DNA from: Acidobacteriota bacterium
Lineage (GTDB): Bacteria; Acidobacteriota; Vicinamibacteria; Vicinamibacterales; UBA2999
Length of the DNA: 64,000 nucleotides
Direction: 5' to 3'
NCBI GenBank assembly: GCA_020851835.1
Contig: JADZBZ010000167.1
Span: forward strand, 13,128-77,127
Shown here piece after piece: positions 1-9,505 of this stretch. Each line of letters begins with the position of its first letter. The first letter of the stretch is position 1. Under the pieces are notes generated by a model that ran no database searches, was not told the origin of the DNA, and saw only the letters and a list, made by a program, of their open reading frames with translations. The position numbers were made by a program, and so were the translations under genes.

Positions 1-1
1 G

Positions 2-103
2 CTGCTCGTGCCGTCCCTTACGAGCAACATCTTCACGGGTGGCGGTGGCGAGAGCATCCTGTCACCGCGCGTTGCGGTCGGGCGGCTGTTCAGGGGTCGA
101 TAG
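2..103 (+). CDS. 3' end of an unidentified CDS entering from beyond the window start
   Basis: Frame 2 is open from the window edge to TAG at 101-103 with strong G/C third-position bias. It lies just upstream of a VirB8/TrbF-like gene, so it may be a T4SS component, but no diagnostic motif is visible. Confidence 0.3.
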   Translation: MLVPSLTSNIFTGGGGESILSPRVAVGRLFRGR

Positions 104-114
104 GGAGCACGCTC

Positions 115-282
115 ATGGCACATCGCCCGCACGGTCCGACGCGCACTGACCACGAGGAGACGGCCTCTCCTGAGCTGACACGACTGCTCGTCATCGCCAT
201 TCTGGTGGCAATGGCGATCGGACTCGCGTGCGGCGTCGTATGGACCGCATATCACCTGCTGAAGGGGTCCTTCGGAGCCTGA
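115..282 (+). CDS. small (55 aa) single-pass membrane protein, unassigned
   Basis: ATG 115 to TGA 280-282 (below the ORF-track size cutoff). It has a hydrophobic core LLVIAILVAMAIGLACGVVW, and its stop overlaps the GAAGGAG RBS of the next gene. Small TM proteins are common inside conjugative T4SS operons. Confidence 0.3.
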   Translation: MAHRPHGPTRTDHEETASPELTRLLVIAILVAMAIGLACGVVWTAYHLLKGSFGA

Positions 283-293
283 AGGAGCTTGTA

Positions 294-764
294 ATGCCAG
301 CGACCGTCGGCGACATCGCTCCGAAGAGCCTGGAGAGCGCGAAGCGCCAGTTCGTGGAGGTGTACGGGTCGGCTCTCGTCCTCAACACCTACCTGAAGAT
401 CGCGCTCGTCCTGGTGTCGCTGATTGCGCTCGGCCTGGTTGGCCTCAACGTCTACACCACGTCGCGCTATGCCCAGATCAAGCCACTGGTCATCCGGATC
501 GACGGTGTGGGGCGTGCGGAGGCAGTCGCCTACGATGCCACGCTCTATGCCCCCCAGCCACCAGAACTGCGTTACTTCCTGACGCAGTTCGTCGTGAAGC
601 ACTTCAGCCGGATTCGGGCGACCGTCCAGCGCGAGTACCCCGATTCGCTCCTCTTCCTGGAGCCCACGCTGGCTGACGCGACGATCGCGCAGAACGACGA
701 ACGCGGAAACAGCAGACACAAGTGTTCCGTTCATCCATGCGTTCCGTCTTGCCACGAGCCCTGA
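294..764 (+). pseudogene. truncated VirB8/TrbF-family type IV secretion protein
   Basis: ATG 294 is preceded by GAAGGAG. The N-terminal cytoplasmic segment, TM helix (LKIALVLVSLIALGLVGL) and start of the periplasmic domain (KPLVIRIDGVGRAEAV...PPELRYFLTQFV) match the TrbF/VirB8 pattern. Similarity stops after about 130-140 aa, the tail (GNSRHKCSVHPCVPSCHEP) looks non-native, and roughly 90 aa of the usual C-terminus are missing. Confidence 0.6.
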
Positions 765-769
765 AGGTG

Positions 770-1195
770 TCATCGGCGGTCTCCGTCATGGTCCGGATCG
801 AGCTCGAGGCTTTCGAGGATGGGGCACTCACCGACCGGTCCACGGCCCGGGCAGGCCGAGGCCAACCGGCTGAGCACGCGTCGCATGGCGCGAAGGGTCC
901 GAATCTTCTGGTCGATATCGGTGAGCTTCGTCCGCGCGAGCGTCTGGACGCCCGAGCAATCTCGCCTCGGATCGACGCGGATCGACAGCAGGTCCTTGAT
1001 GTCGTCCAGGGAGAATCCCAGCTCCTGCGCGCGCTTGATGAATCGCACCCGCCGCACGGCCTCCGGCGAGAATGCGCGATAGCCGGACGCGAGCCGCGGC
1101 GGCTTCGGTAACAGGCCTTCGCGCTCGTAGTACCGGATGGTCTGCGGATTCACCCGGCCCTGTTCGGCCAGCCTACCGATGGTCAGGTGTCCCAT
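770..1195 (-). CDS. merR: MerR-family Hg(II)-type transcriptional regulator (orphan)
   Basis: HTH LTIGRLAEQGRVNPQTIRYYEREGLL. Three Cys lie in the MerR metal-ligand arrangement (DCSG, then ACPGRGPVGECPILESL, i.e. C-x8-C-P). Start placed at the 2nd ATG (1195), 5 nt after GGAGGA. Confidence 0.85.
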   Translation of the reverse strand: MGHLTIGRLAEQGRVNPQTIRYYEREGLLPKPPRLASGYRAFSPEAVRRVRFIKRAQELGFSLDDIKDLLSIRVDPRRDCSGVQTLARTKLTDIDQKIRTLRAMRRVLSRLASACPGRGPVGECPILESLELDPDHDGDRR

Positions 1196-1222
1196 GAGCA
1201 TCCTCCCTCACCGTTCAGGCCC

Positions 1223-1254
1223 AGCGTAGACCCTGTACCCAGGTACGGTGTCAA
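1223..1254 (-). promoter_or_regulatory. MerR-type promoter/operator: TTGACA, 19-20 bp spacer containing dyad CCGTAC-CTGG-GTACAGG, then TACGCT
   Basis: Minus-strand reading is TTGACAccgtacctgggtacagggtcTACGCT. It is near-identical in layout to the classical mer operator TCCGTAC-N4-GTACGGA inside an over-long spacer. It points toward merR itself. Confidence 0.6.
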
Positions 1255-1330
1255 GGCCCCGTTTGCGCCCGGCTCGGCCGCCGGGCCATCGGGACGTTCC
1301 CGGCGTACCTCAGACATCGCCCCAGTTCCC

Positions 1331-1359
1331 GTAATGCCCTGCCTCCGCGCGACACTCAT
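1331..1359 (+). promoter_or_regulatory. ECF-type promoter candidate, class 1: GTAATG-N16-CACTCAT
   Basis: Read directly: ccGTAATGccctgcctccgcgcgaCACTCATac. It lies about 70 nt upstream of the NmrA-like start. Confidence 0.55.
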
Positions 1360-1427
1360 ACAGGATGCGGGCCGGCCCGAAGGGTTGGCGCGGGCTTGAA
1401 ACGGAATGCCAGAGACAAGGGGATGTG

Positions 1428-2279
1428 ATGACAGACCAGCGGACCGTGCTAATCACCGGCGCCACGGGCAGGCAGGGAGGCGCGACCTTGCGGGCCCTGC
1501 GCGGTCAGGGTTTCGCCCTGCGGGCCATGACGCGTAAACCCGCCAGTGAAGCCGCCGAGGCGGTCGCGCATCTGGGCGCCGACGTCGTCTACGGCGACCT
1601 CGATGACTCGTCCTCGCTCGAGGCCGCCCTGGCCGGCGCCTGGGGCGTCTTCGCCGTGCAGAACACCTGGGAGGCCGGTGTCGAGAAGGAAGAGGAACAG
1701 GGCAAACGCCTGGCCGCCGTCGCGCGAAAGGCCGGCGTGCAGCACTTCGTGTACAGCTCGGTCGCCTCGGCACAGCGGCACACGGGCATTCCCCACTTCG
1801 AGAACAAGTGGAGAATCGAAGAAACCGTGCGTGGGTTGAAGTTTCCGTCGCACGTCATCATTCGGCCCGTCTTCTTCATGGAGAATCTGGTGACGCCGTG
1901 GTTCCTGCGCGATGACACGCTCTCGACGGCCATGGATCCCTCCACGGTGCTGCAGATGATTGCCGCCGCCGACATCGGCCGGTACGGCGCCCGCGCCTTT
2001 GTCGATGCCGGCTCGCTCAACCGCCGCGAGATCGACATCGCCGGAGACGCGGCGACGATGCCTCGAACAGCGGAGGTGCTCGGCCGGCATTTTCACCGGC
2101 GGATCGCGTTCGTGCGTGTGCCGATCGAACAGATTCGCGCCGGCAGCGATGATTTCGCCCTGATGCTGGAATGGTTCGACCGCGAGGGCTACAGCGTGGA
2201 TATCCCTGGACTCCAGCGGGAGTTTGGCATCGCACCGACGACGCTCGACGCGTGGGCCGACCAAGTCTCCCACGGGTAG
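1428..2279 (+). CDS. NmrA-family NAD(P)-binding protein
   Basis: VLITGATGRQGGA Rossmann motif and NmrA-like core (VQHFVYSS...PHFENKWRIEE). Start set at the internal ATG MTDQRT. Confidence 0.8.
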   Translation: MTDQRTVLITGATGRQGGATLRALRGQGFALRAMTRKPASEAAEAVAHLGADVVYGDLDDSSSLEAALAGAWGVFAVQNTWEAGVEKEEEQGKRLAAVARKAGVQHFVYSSVASAQRHTGIPHFENKWRIEETVRGLKFPSHVIIRPVFFMENLVTPWFLRDDTLSTAMDPSTVLQMIAAADIGRYGARAFVDAGSLNRREIDIAGDAATMPRTAEVLGRHFHRRIAFVRVPIEQIRAGSDDFALMLEWFDREGYSVDIPGLQREFGIAPTTLDAWADQVSHG

Positions 2280-2301
2280 TCGAGATGGGGTGGAATTTGG
2301 A

Positions 2302-4584
2302 TCACTTCGACTTGAGCGATACCGGCAGCTCGAGCGTCGCCGGTGCCAAGCAGTACTGATCATTGCACGCTTGGACGCGCAGCTTCAGTGTCGCGGTCGA
2401 GGCTGGGAGCCCAGGCACGAGCGCGCGCAGTTCTATCCGTCCGGAGTACACGGCGATCCCCTGCGGCGCGAACGGCGCCCTGAAGGTTTCCGCCGGCGGG
2501 TAGTCCACATGCAGCTTCGCCCCGTCCACGAACGTCAACTCGGTGGGAATCAGATTGCGGTCGGACGCCGGGTTGGCATTGATGTGGTAACCGGGATCGA
2601 TATCGATGACCACGCGCAACTCAGCACTCTGTTTGCCAGCAGCCCGCCGGGGCAGCAGGCTGGCCGTGGCAGGCACGTGGTCGGCGGAACCCGGCAACCC
2701 GGCCGACGGCTGCCCCGCTGCCGGCTCGGCCCGATTTAGCGCGGTCTGCAACGGCGGCTGACTGAGCCAGGCGAGCAGCGCGCCCCAGTCGTAGGGCCGT
2801 GCGGCAATCTGTCCGGACAGTGGCGCCAGGGCGCGCCGACCGGCGGTCGCGTACCGCACGTGACCGCCCTCGGCGCCGAGACCCAACAACAGCGCGACGG
2901 TCGCCGACTGACCGGCGGGCTGCACCGAGTCGCCGTCTGCCGGCGGCGCCACGAGCAGGTCGCTGGCGTCGGCGGTCGTTGCCAGCGATCCGTCGGGCCG
3001 GGCAAAGCGCGTGAGCATGGCGTCGGCGACCTGTTGTGCGCGCGTGCGCCACTCGGCCTCGCCGGTGATCTCGTGCAGGGCCAGGAACGCCTGTCCCAGC
3101 AGCGCGTAGTCATCGAGAAACCCGCCGCCTCCAGCGTGATCCTGAAAGAACTGATGCCTCAGCAGGCCGGTGCTCGCATCGAACGCCTGATTCCAGGCCC
3201 ACCTCGCAGCGTCGGTGGCGGTGCGCGTCAGCGCCGGATTGTCCAGAGCCTGGCCGGCCTGAAGGAACCCCAGGATGGCCAGCGCGTTATCGCCGATGAC
3301 GATCTTCTCGTCGCGCGCCGGCTGCGGCCGGCGGCTGCGCGCCGCCAACAGCTTGTCGCGCAGCGGTGCGAGCGTCTCGACCGCAGCAGCCAGGTGATCT
3401 TTGTCGGCGAGCACCTGCGCCTTGTCGCGATCCAGCCGCAGCACGCCGCCGGGCGACGGCTTCTGGCCACCGAAGCTCTCGGGCATCGGCGTCAACATGT
3501 AGAGGGCGAGGAATCGTCGGGTATCGGCCGCGCCCAAGACCGACTGAATTTGCTCTTTGGTCCAGACGTAGCTGACCCCTTCGACGCCGTCGATCTGTGA
3601 ATCCTGGGCGCTGTAGAAACCGCCGCCCTCCGCCTGCATCTCCGTGGTGAGGTAGTGCGCCGTGCGCCGCGCCACCAGCTTGAAGAATGGTCGCCCGGTG
3701 ATGGCGTAGGCCTGCGCGTACACTGCCAGCAGTTGGGCGTTGTCGTACAGCATCTTCTCGAAGTGCGGAATAGACCAGGTTGGCTCGGTGCTGTAGCGAT
3801 GAAAGCCGCCGGCGAGTTGGTCCATCACGCCGCCTTCGGCCATCGCCTGCAGCGTGGCGGTGACCATGTTCAAGACGTTGCGGTCGTGGGTCAGCCGGGC
3901 ATCGGACAGCAGCGCCGAGAGCACCGGCTCCTCCGGAAACATGGTCGAGCCGCCCCGGAACCCGCTGTTGGTCCCGTCGAACTGCGCCGCGGCCTGCTTG
4001 ACGGCCTCGGCGAGCCACGACTCGGGCGCCAGCGGGGCGCCGCCGGCCGCGCTCGGCCGGCTTTCTGCCTGCTGCAGGGCCTGATAGACCCGCGCACTCG
4101 TCTCGGTGACTTTCGCTCGCTCGCCGGTCCAGGCGTCGTGCAGAGACGTGAGAATGGACGGAAATCCAGTCCGGCCGCCCTGGTCTGTCGGCGGGAAGTA
4201 GCTGCCCGCGAAAAACGGCTTGAGGTCCGGCGTCAGAAACACGTTATTGGGCCAACCGCCGGCGCCGGTCATGATTTGGGTGGCCAGCATGTAGACGCCG
4301 TCCACGTCGGGCCGCTCCTCGCGGTCCACTTTGATGTTGACGAACCATCGGTTCATCAACGCGGCGATGTCCGGATTGGAATAGATCTCGCGCTCGGCGA
4401 CGTGGCACCAGTAGCAGGTGGAGTACCCCACCGACAGGAAGATCGGCTTGTTCTCGCGACGGGCTTTCTCGATCGCCTCGGGTCCCCACGGGTACCAGTC
4501 CACCGGATTATGGGCGTGCATCAGCAAGTACGGATCGTGGCTGTCAATCAACCGGTTGGTATACGTGGTGCCGTCGAACGTCAC
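2302..4584 (-). CDS. DUF255 thioredoxin-domain protein (YyaL/SSP411-like) with C-terminal DsbD-N-like domain
   Basis: N-terminus [54 protein letters not shown] is the family hallmark. The (alpha/alpha)6-like middle is present, and the C-terminal ~110 aa ends in [13 protein letters not shown] start at 4584. Confidence 0.85.
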   Translation of the reverse strand: MTFDGTTYTNRLIDSHDPYLLMHAHNPVDWYPWGPEAIEKARRENKPIFLSVGYSTCYWCHVAEREIYSNPDIAALMNRWFVNIKVDREERPDVDGVYMLATQIMTGAGGWPNNVFLTPDLKPFFAGSYFPPTDQGGRTGFPSILTSLHDAWTGERAKVTETSARVYQALQQAESRPSAAGGAPLAPESWLAEAVKQAAAQFDGTNSGFRGGSTMFPEEPVLSALLSDARLTHDRNVLNMVTATLQAMAEGGVMDQLAGGFHRYSTEPTWSIPHFEKMLYDNAQLLAVYAQAYAITGRPFFKLVARRTAHYLTTEMQAEGGGFYSAQDSQIDGVEGVSYVWTKEQIQSVLGAADTRRFLALYMLTPMPESFGGQKPSPGGVLRLDRDKAQVLADKDHLAAAVETLAPLRDKLLAARSRRPQPARDEKIVIGDNALAILGFLQAGQALDNPALTRTATDAARWAWNQAFDASTGLLRHQFFQDHAGGGGFLDDYALLGQAFLALHEITGEAEWRTRAQQVADAMLTRFARPDGSLATTADASDLLVAPPADGDSVQPAGQSATVALLLGLGAEGGHVRYATAGRRALAPLSGQIAARPYDWGALLAWLSQPPLQTALNRAEPAAGQPSAGLPGSADHVPATASLLPRRAAGKQSAELRVVIDIDPGYHINANPASDRNLIPTELTFVDGAKLHVDYPPAETFRAPFAPQGIAVYSGRIELRALVPGLPASTATLKLRVQACNDQYCLAPATLELPVSLKSK

Positions 4585-4701
4585 GCCGGACGTCTTCGGC
4601 CCATGCGCCGCGCGACTCGTTCGAGTTCCGCCCGTTCGTCGTCTGGGAACTGACCCGGCTCAGGTGCTCGCAGTGTCGTCATCGTGAACGCTCCAGGAGA
4701 A

Positions 4702-5682
4702 TCAAATATGAGTGCCGGCGTGGCCGACAACATTACCCGGGCCCGTCGAAACCTGGTCGCGAATCGCGATCTCCCTCCTGCACCACTCCTCGAGACGTTC
4801 CGGGGTGCCGAGGTCCGACCAGCCCATCGAGGCGGGCCATGTGTACACGTCGAGGCCGCTGGCTGGCGCGATCACGTCTCGGGAGAAATCCGCTCTCACC
4901 ATTCCCGCGTATTCGCTCGCGACGACCTGGGAGCGTTCCTCCACCGGCGCGGAGAACGCTCCGGACAGGCGTTCGTGGAGATCCGGCAGGTGTTGCCGGT
5001 ACAGGCCGAGGAGGGCGTCGGCGCGCGCGACGAGCACCATCGTATTCCACACGGCGCCCAACGCGAGCAGACGCTCGGCTTCCGCGCTCTGCGGTTTCTC
5101 GACGAATGTCGCCACTGGTGCGACGCGACAGAGGGTCGGCCGACCTGGCGTGCCCTCGACCCGGGTAATCCAGCCGTATCCGGCGTCGGCCGACCACGCT
5201 TCTGCCCCGAAGAGGACGATGCGGCTCTCGCCTGACCGGATCCGTTCGACGGCGTCGCGTACGCCGAGCCGAAACTGTCGGACGTCCCCGACACCGTGAT
5301 CGGACGGCGTCAGCAGGACGCAGGCATGCGGCGCGTGTTCAACGACCGTGAGCAGTCCCAGCAGCACGCCGGCCGCGGTGCCGCGGTCAGCCGGTTGATA
5401 CGCGATGAGTCCCAATCCGGCGAGGTCGCGGTGCACGTGCAGGTACCGTCGGTGCGCTTCGTCCACCACCGTGACGGTCCGCGCTGACGGCGTCAGCGCC
5501 GCGACGCGGTCGAGCGTCTGCCCCAGAAGCGTCGGCCCGCTGCGCGCGCACCAGAATTGCTTCGGCACCCCGCCGGTCACGGCCGCCAGCCGTCGGCCCG
5601 CGCCGCCGGCGAGCACGACCGCCCAGAGGGGAGCGGCTGGGTCGCGCCATGAAGCCCGTCGCTCGCTACTCATTTTACTCAT
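4702..5682 (-). CDS. nucleotidyltransferase (mannose-1-phosphate guanylyltransferase-like)
   Basis: WAVVLAGGAGRRL...PKQF motif of sugar-phosphate nucleotidyltransferases. Start set at MSKMSSE; the longer ORF upstream overlaps the anti-sigma-like gene. Confidence 0.65.
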   Translation of the reverse strand: MSKMSSERRASWRDPAAPLWAVVLAGGAGRRLAAVTGGVPKQFWCARSGPTLLGQTLDRVAALTPSARTVTVVDEAHRRYLHVHRDLAGLGLIAYQPADRGTAAGVLLGLLTVVEHAPHACVLLTPSDHGVGDVRQFRLGVRDAVERIRSGESRIVLFGAEAWSADAGYGWITRVEGTPGRPTLCRVAPVATFVEKPQSAEAERLLALGAVWNTMVLVARADALLGLYRQHLPDLHERLSGAFSAPVEERSQVVASEYAGMVRADFSRDVIAPASGLDVYTWPASMGWSDLGTPERLEEWCRREIAIRDQVSTGPGNVVGHAGTHI

Positions 5683-5905
5683 TGGCGTCAGCAAACCGCG
5701 CCAGGATCTCGTCCCGCACTCGGTCCGGAAGGGGCTCGGGTTGCGGACCGTCCATCGTCCGCATGGCGGCGCGCAGGCGCTTGAGCGTGACGCGGCACTG
5801 CCGGCACATGCCGAGGTGATAGTGGAAGCGCAGCCGGTCGAGCCATGCGAGTTCGCCGTCCACATACGCCGTGAGGAGATCGGAGTTAGTGCCGCAGCGC
5901 GCCAT
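5675..5905 (-). CDS. small soluble zf-HC2 (ZAS, HxxxCxxC) anti-sigma-like protein, no adjacent sigma
   Basis: MARCGTNSDLLTAYVDGELAWLDRLRFHYHLGMCRQCR. It has the N-terminal Cys plus H-x3-C-x2-C, is 76 aa, and has no TM segment. Confidence 0.6.
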   Translation of the reverse strand: MARCGTNSDLLTAYVDGELAWLDRLRFHYHLGMCRQCRVTLKRLRAAMRTMDGPQPEPLPDRVRDEILARFADANE

Positions 5906-5960
5906 GGCGAACCTCCAGGCCCCGTGGAATCGGTTAGCATTCACGACGAGCGTCCGCCCG

Positions 5961-5989
5961 AATGGTCTCGTCACCTGGCGGAGCATTAC
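5961..5989 (-). promoter_or_regulatory. ECF-type promoter candidate, variant: GTAATG-N16-GACCATT
   Basis: Minus-strand reading is ccGTAATGctccgccaggtgacgaGACCATT, about 55 nt upstream of the ZAS-like gene. Confidence 0.35.
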
Positions 5990-6002
5990 GGTCCATCGGG
6001 CG

Positions 6003-6977
6003 TCATCGCCGGATCACGGTCGCATCCGGAAAGAACGCCTGCCACGCAAACCAGTACGACAAAGTCAGCGGCACGCGCTCGAGTGTCGCTCCAGCCAACG
6101 TCCCGGCCGTGGCGGAGCCATCGAACGCGCTCCACTCCGAGCCGGTCTCCTTGTCGATGAGGACAGTCGGGCGCGCGCCGGACCCGTCGGCGGTCGCGGC
6201 GACGATGAAGGTCTCGCCGTCGACCGACGCGACGATCACCCCAGCGGCCGCGACGTCGTCCAGGGGCACGGCGAATGCGCGGCCGTTGAATCGGAATGCC
6301 GCGACGCGCGTCTTCGCCGGCAGGGCCCGGCGATTGACGCGCGTCCGCCCGGTGACGCCGATCTCGCCGGTACCGTGGTACGGCCGGTACACGTCGGAGG
6401 CGCCGTTCAGCCCTCCGGCTTCGATCTTCGTGAGGACCAACGTGTCAGGGTGCCTCGTTCGCCACGCCTTCCAGCGCATCATGTCGGACGGCAGGACCTT
6501 CAGCGCGGCGCCGCGCAACGGTCCCTGAATCGCCGCTCCCGCGGCCTGTGCCCACCAGGAATCGGTCTGGCGGTCGTACATGACCAGGTTGTCGCGCCAC
6601 AACATGCCCGACACGCCAAAGCTCAACGTCCGGCCCTGGACCTGGCGGGCGTACACGATGCCCGTGTAGCAGAGCGGGCACCACGTGACGGCGATGGGCA
6701 CCGATCCCAACTTGTCGTTCACGATTTCGTGGCCGTTCAGCAGCCACGTCGAATAGGCCTTCGCCGTCTGGCCGTCGAAGACGCCGATCACGAGTTCGTC
6801 ATCGGCCATGAACGAGGTCTTCGCCGCCGGCACAAACACCGGCCGGTCGATGGCCGGAATGCCGTCTTTCGGCAGGCCGCGCATGACGGGATCGCCGTCG
6901 ATGACCGCGACCTCGGACCACGGCCGCTGCGCGGCGGGCGCGGCCGCGAGCATCACGGCCAGCAGGTATCTGCCCAT
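6003..6977 (-). CDS. DUF3179 domain protein (secreted)
   Basis: Signal-like N-terminus and hallmark IAVTWCPLCYTGIVY with MLWRDNLVMYDRQTDSWW. Confidence 0.8.
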   Translation of the reverse strand: MGRYLLAVMLAAAPAAQRPWSEVAVIDGDPVMRGLPKDGIPAIDRPVFVPAAKTSFMADDELVIGVFDGQTAKAYSTWLLNGHEIVNDKLGSVPIAVTWCPLCYTGIVYARQVQGRTLSFGVSGMLWRDNLVMYDRQTDSWWAQAAGAAIQGPLRGAALKVLPSDMMRWKAWRTRHPDTLVLTKIEAGGLNGASDVYRPYHGTGEIGVTGRTRVNRRALPAKTRVAAFRFNGRAFAVPLDDVAAAGVIVASVDGETFIVAATADGSGARPTVLIDKETGSEWSAFDGSATAGTLAGATLERVPLTLSYWFAWQAFFPDATVIRR

Positions 6978-6994
6978 AGCGTCCCCCTCGATGG

Positions 6995-7023
6995 CCCAGT
7001 CTCGGCGACTGGCGCGACGTTAC
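6995..7023 (-). promoter_or_regulatory. ECF-type promoter candidate, variant: GTAACG-N16-GACTGGG
   Basis: Minus-strand reading is atGTAACGtcgcgccagtcgccgaGACTGGGccatcgagggggacgctATG, immediately upstream of the DUF3179 start. Confidence 0.45.
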
Positions 7024-7373
7024 ATGGGCCGGACGGGTCATGCGGTTCGGGCTGACCGCTTCGCCCGCAGCCCGGTAACACCCGGGCGCCTCGAATTGCC
7101 CATGCAGCGCGATGAGTGTGAGGTCGCTGGAGGGCTTCATCGAAAAGGCTCGACGTGGACTCGGTGCTGCAGGCACCATGAGATGAAAACCGAGGCGCAC
7201 GGAGTGCGCCCCGGCCGTTGGACCGTCGGCAGTGCGTCTGGCGAGAACACCGTCCGAGACGCCGATAACGTACGTGACAGATCGCATCAGAGGAACGGTC
7301 TGGACTTGGCATTGCCCCCGAGTAATGTCAGCCGCGCGCGCTGCGTGGGCGGCCCCATGGAGGGAGTGAGATA

Positions 7374-8213
7374 GTGCACGGAGTCCTGCTGGGTACGGAG
7401 CGTGCCGTGAGGCTCCTGGCCTTCGCTGGCATTCTTGCTTCGATGATGCTGTGGGAATTGGCGGCGCCACGGCGCCGCCAGACCACGGCACGTCTGCGAC
7501 GATGGCCGGGGAATCTCGGCATGGTCGTGCTCGACACCCTCCTGCTGAGGCTCCTGTTTCCGCTCGCCGGTGTCGGCGTGGCGCTCGCCATCGAGGCTCG
7601 GGGTTGGGGCCTGTTCAATGTCCTGGGAGCGTCGACGTGGCTGGCGGTGCCGGCGTCGATCGTGGCTCTCGATCTCGCGATCTATCTCCAGCATGTCCTG
7701 TTCCATGCCGTGCCCGCTCTGTGGCGGCTTCACCGCATGCATCATTCCGATATCGAGGTTGACGCGACGACTGGCGTCCGCTTCCATCCGATCGAGATCC
7801 TGCTCTCGATGCTCATCAAGCTTGGCGTCGTCGCATCAATTGGCGCGCCGGCCGTGGCCGTCCTTCTGTTTGAGATCCTCTTGAACGCGACCTCGGTGTT
7901 CAATCACGGCAACGTCCGGTGTCCTCCGGCGATCGATCGGATCGTCCGGTGGTTCGTGGTCACGCCGGACATGCATCGCGTCCATCACTCGATCGTCGCG
8001 CGCGAGACCAACAGTAATTTCGGATTCAATCTCCCCTGGTGGGATCGGCTCTTCGGAACCTATCGAGCGCAGCCGGCGGCTGGCCATCTCGGCATGATGC
8101 TCGGCATCGAGCAGTTCCGGGCGCCACGAGAGCTTCGTCTCGATCGCATGCTCCTCCAGCCGTTTCGCGACGACGATCGCACGTATCCGTTGGGCCGCCG
8201 TGAGCCGCGATGA
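7374..8213 (+). CDS. fatty acid hydroxylase / sterol desaturase family membrane protein
   Basis: Histidine boxes HVLFH, HRMHHSD and HRVHHS; multiple TM segments; GTG start after GGAGGGAG. Confidence 0.8.
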   Translation: MHGVLLGTERAVRLLAFAGILASMMLWELAAPRRRQTTARLRRWPGNLGMVVLDTLLLRLLFPLAGVGVALAIEARGWGLFNVLGASTWLAVPASIVALDLAIYLQHVLFHAVPALWRLHRMHHSDIEVDATTGVRFHPIEILLSMLIKLGVVASIGAPAVAVLLFEILLNATSVFNHGNVRCPPAIDRIVRWFVVTPDMHRVHHSIVARETNSNFGFNLPWWDRLFGTYRAQPAAGHLGMMLGIEQFRAPRELRLDRMLLQPFRDDDRTYPLGRREPR

Positions 8214-8908
8214 TCTCGATCATTGTGCCGACCCACAACGAGGCGGCCATTCTCGACGACACGCTCAGCGGCATCCTGCGACTGCAGCGCGAGGCAGGTG
8301 TCGAGCTGATCGTGACCGATGGAGGCAGCACAGATGAGACCGTGGCCATCGCGCGCCGGTACGCGCGCGTAGTCGAAGCCCCGAAGGGCAAAGGCAGCCA
8401 GCTCAACGCCGGCGCGCATGCGGCAGGGGGCGACGTGTTCTTCTTCGTCCATGCCGACACGTGGCTTCCGGAGGGCACACTACGAACCATCGAGACGGCG
8501 GTGCGTGCCGGCTACGACGGCGGCGGATTCTCGAATGCTTTCGAGTCTCACAATCGGCGCATCAAGATCGTCGGTCGCGCAATCCGGTTCCAGTTCCGTG
8601 ACAAGGAGAACGATCCCGCCAATACGTCGTTTTACGGCGACAACGGCATCTTTGCGACGCGCACCGCGTTCGAGGCCCTGGGCGGCTTCAAGCCGTTGCC
8701 GATCATGGAAGACTACGACTTCTCGCGGAGACTACGCGAGCGCTTTCGAGCGATCCGGATCGTCGATCCCAAGCTCGTCGTGTCCTCCAGACGGCAACGG
8801 CACGCGGGGCTGATCCGTACACATCTGCAGTGGTTCCTGATCAAACGGCTGTACCTGTTGGGCGTGCCGCCCCAAGTTCTGGCCCGGTGGTACGGCGACG
8901 TGCGCTGA
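8210..8908 (+). CDS. family-2 glycosyltransferase, TIGR04283-like (copy 1)
   Basis: IIVPTHNEA...TDGGSTDET...FVHADT GT-A motifs. The C-terminal LGVPPQVLARWYGDVR is shared with the paralog at 44110-44802. ATGA overlap with the hydroxylase gene. Confidence 0.75.
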   Translation: MISIIVPTHNEAAILDDTLSGILRLQREAGVELIVTDGGSTDETVAIARRYARVVEAPKGKGSQLNAGAHAAGGDVFFFVHADTWLPEGTLRTIETAVRAGYDGGGFSNAFESHNRRIKIVGRAIRFQFRDKENDPANTSFYGDNGIFATRTAFEALGGFKPLPIMEDYDFSRRLRERFRAIRIVDPKLVVSSRRQRHAGLIRTHLQWFLIKRLYLLGVPPQVLARWYGDVR

Positions 8909-9019
8909 CGTCCTCGAACGAACGTCAGGATATGCGCGCGTCAGCGCGGGGAGCATGCCTATGCCGAGGCCGTGCGGGGCCGGCAGAGTGCCTGTTGACC
9001 GGCCGCGCCGCCAAAATGC

Positions 9020-9057
9020 CAGGAGCCCGTCCGGGCGTGTCCCCGAACAGGCTCCTG
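9020..9057. terminator. hairpin between convergent genes (CAGGAGCC ... GGCTCCTG)
   Basis: An 8-bp perfect stem read directly. On the minus strand it is followed by gcaTTTTgg, so it fits an intrinsic terminator for 9074-9505 and may also stop the plus-strand GT operon. Confidence 0.5.
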
Positions 9058-9073
9058 CCGACGTGACGCGTGG

Positions 9074-9505
9074 TTACATCATGGTCTTGATGTCGTAGGG
9101 CTCGCCCTTGGCGGGGATGACCCGCATCGCAATGAACGTGGCCTTGTCCTTGGAATAGACGCCCATGATCTTGACCTTCTCGGCCATGTGCGCGGCCAGC
9201 TGGCTGGAAGGCGCGGCCAGGATGATCGTCCTGTTCGCCTGTTTGATGGCCGTCGGGATGCCGAGGTTTGCGCAGACCGTCGCGCAGTTGGGCACCTTGG
9301 CCATCTTGCCATCCATGCTGACCATGTGGTCCTGGCCGGCATTCTGTTCGGGCATGAGCCCGTAACACTTCGTGTCCACCAGGACGCCCTCGATCGTGTC
9401 CATCTTCATGGTCATGCCCATACCGGATGCGCCCTGGGCATGCGCCATAGTCCCTGCCGTAGCCATCGCGGACAGGGTTACCGCCAGCAAAAGTCCAGAC
9501 CTCAT
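9074..9505 (-). CDS. secreted Met/Cys-containing protein of unknown function
   Basis: Sec signal (LLLAVTLSAMATAGTMAHA), then GMGMTMKMD and four Cys. Good codon bias; no family recognised. Confidence 0.6.
   Translation of the reverse strand: MRSGLLLAVTLSAMATAGTMAHAQGASGMGMTMKMDTIEGVLVDTKCYGLMPEQNAGQDHMVSMDGKMAKVPNCATVCANLGIPTAIKQANRTIILAAPSSQLAAHMAEKVKIMGVYSKDKATFIAMRVIPAKGEPYDIKTMM

Noticed and set aside
7322-7350. GTAATG upstream of the fatty-acid hydroxylase gene as another class-1 promoter
   Set aside because: Sixteen nt downstream reads CGTGGGC, with no CACT/GACT core. Not counted.
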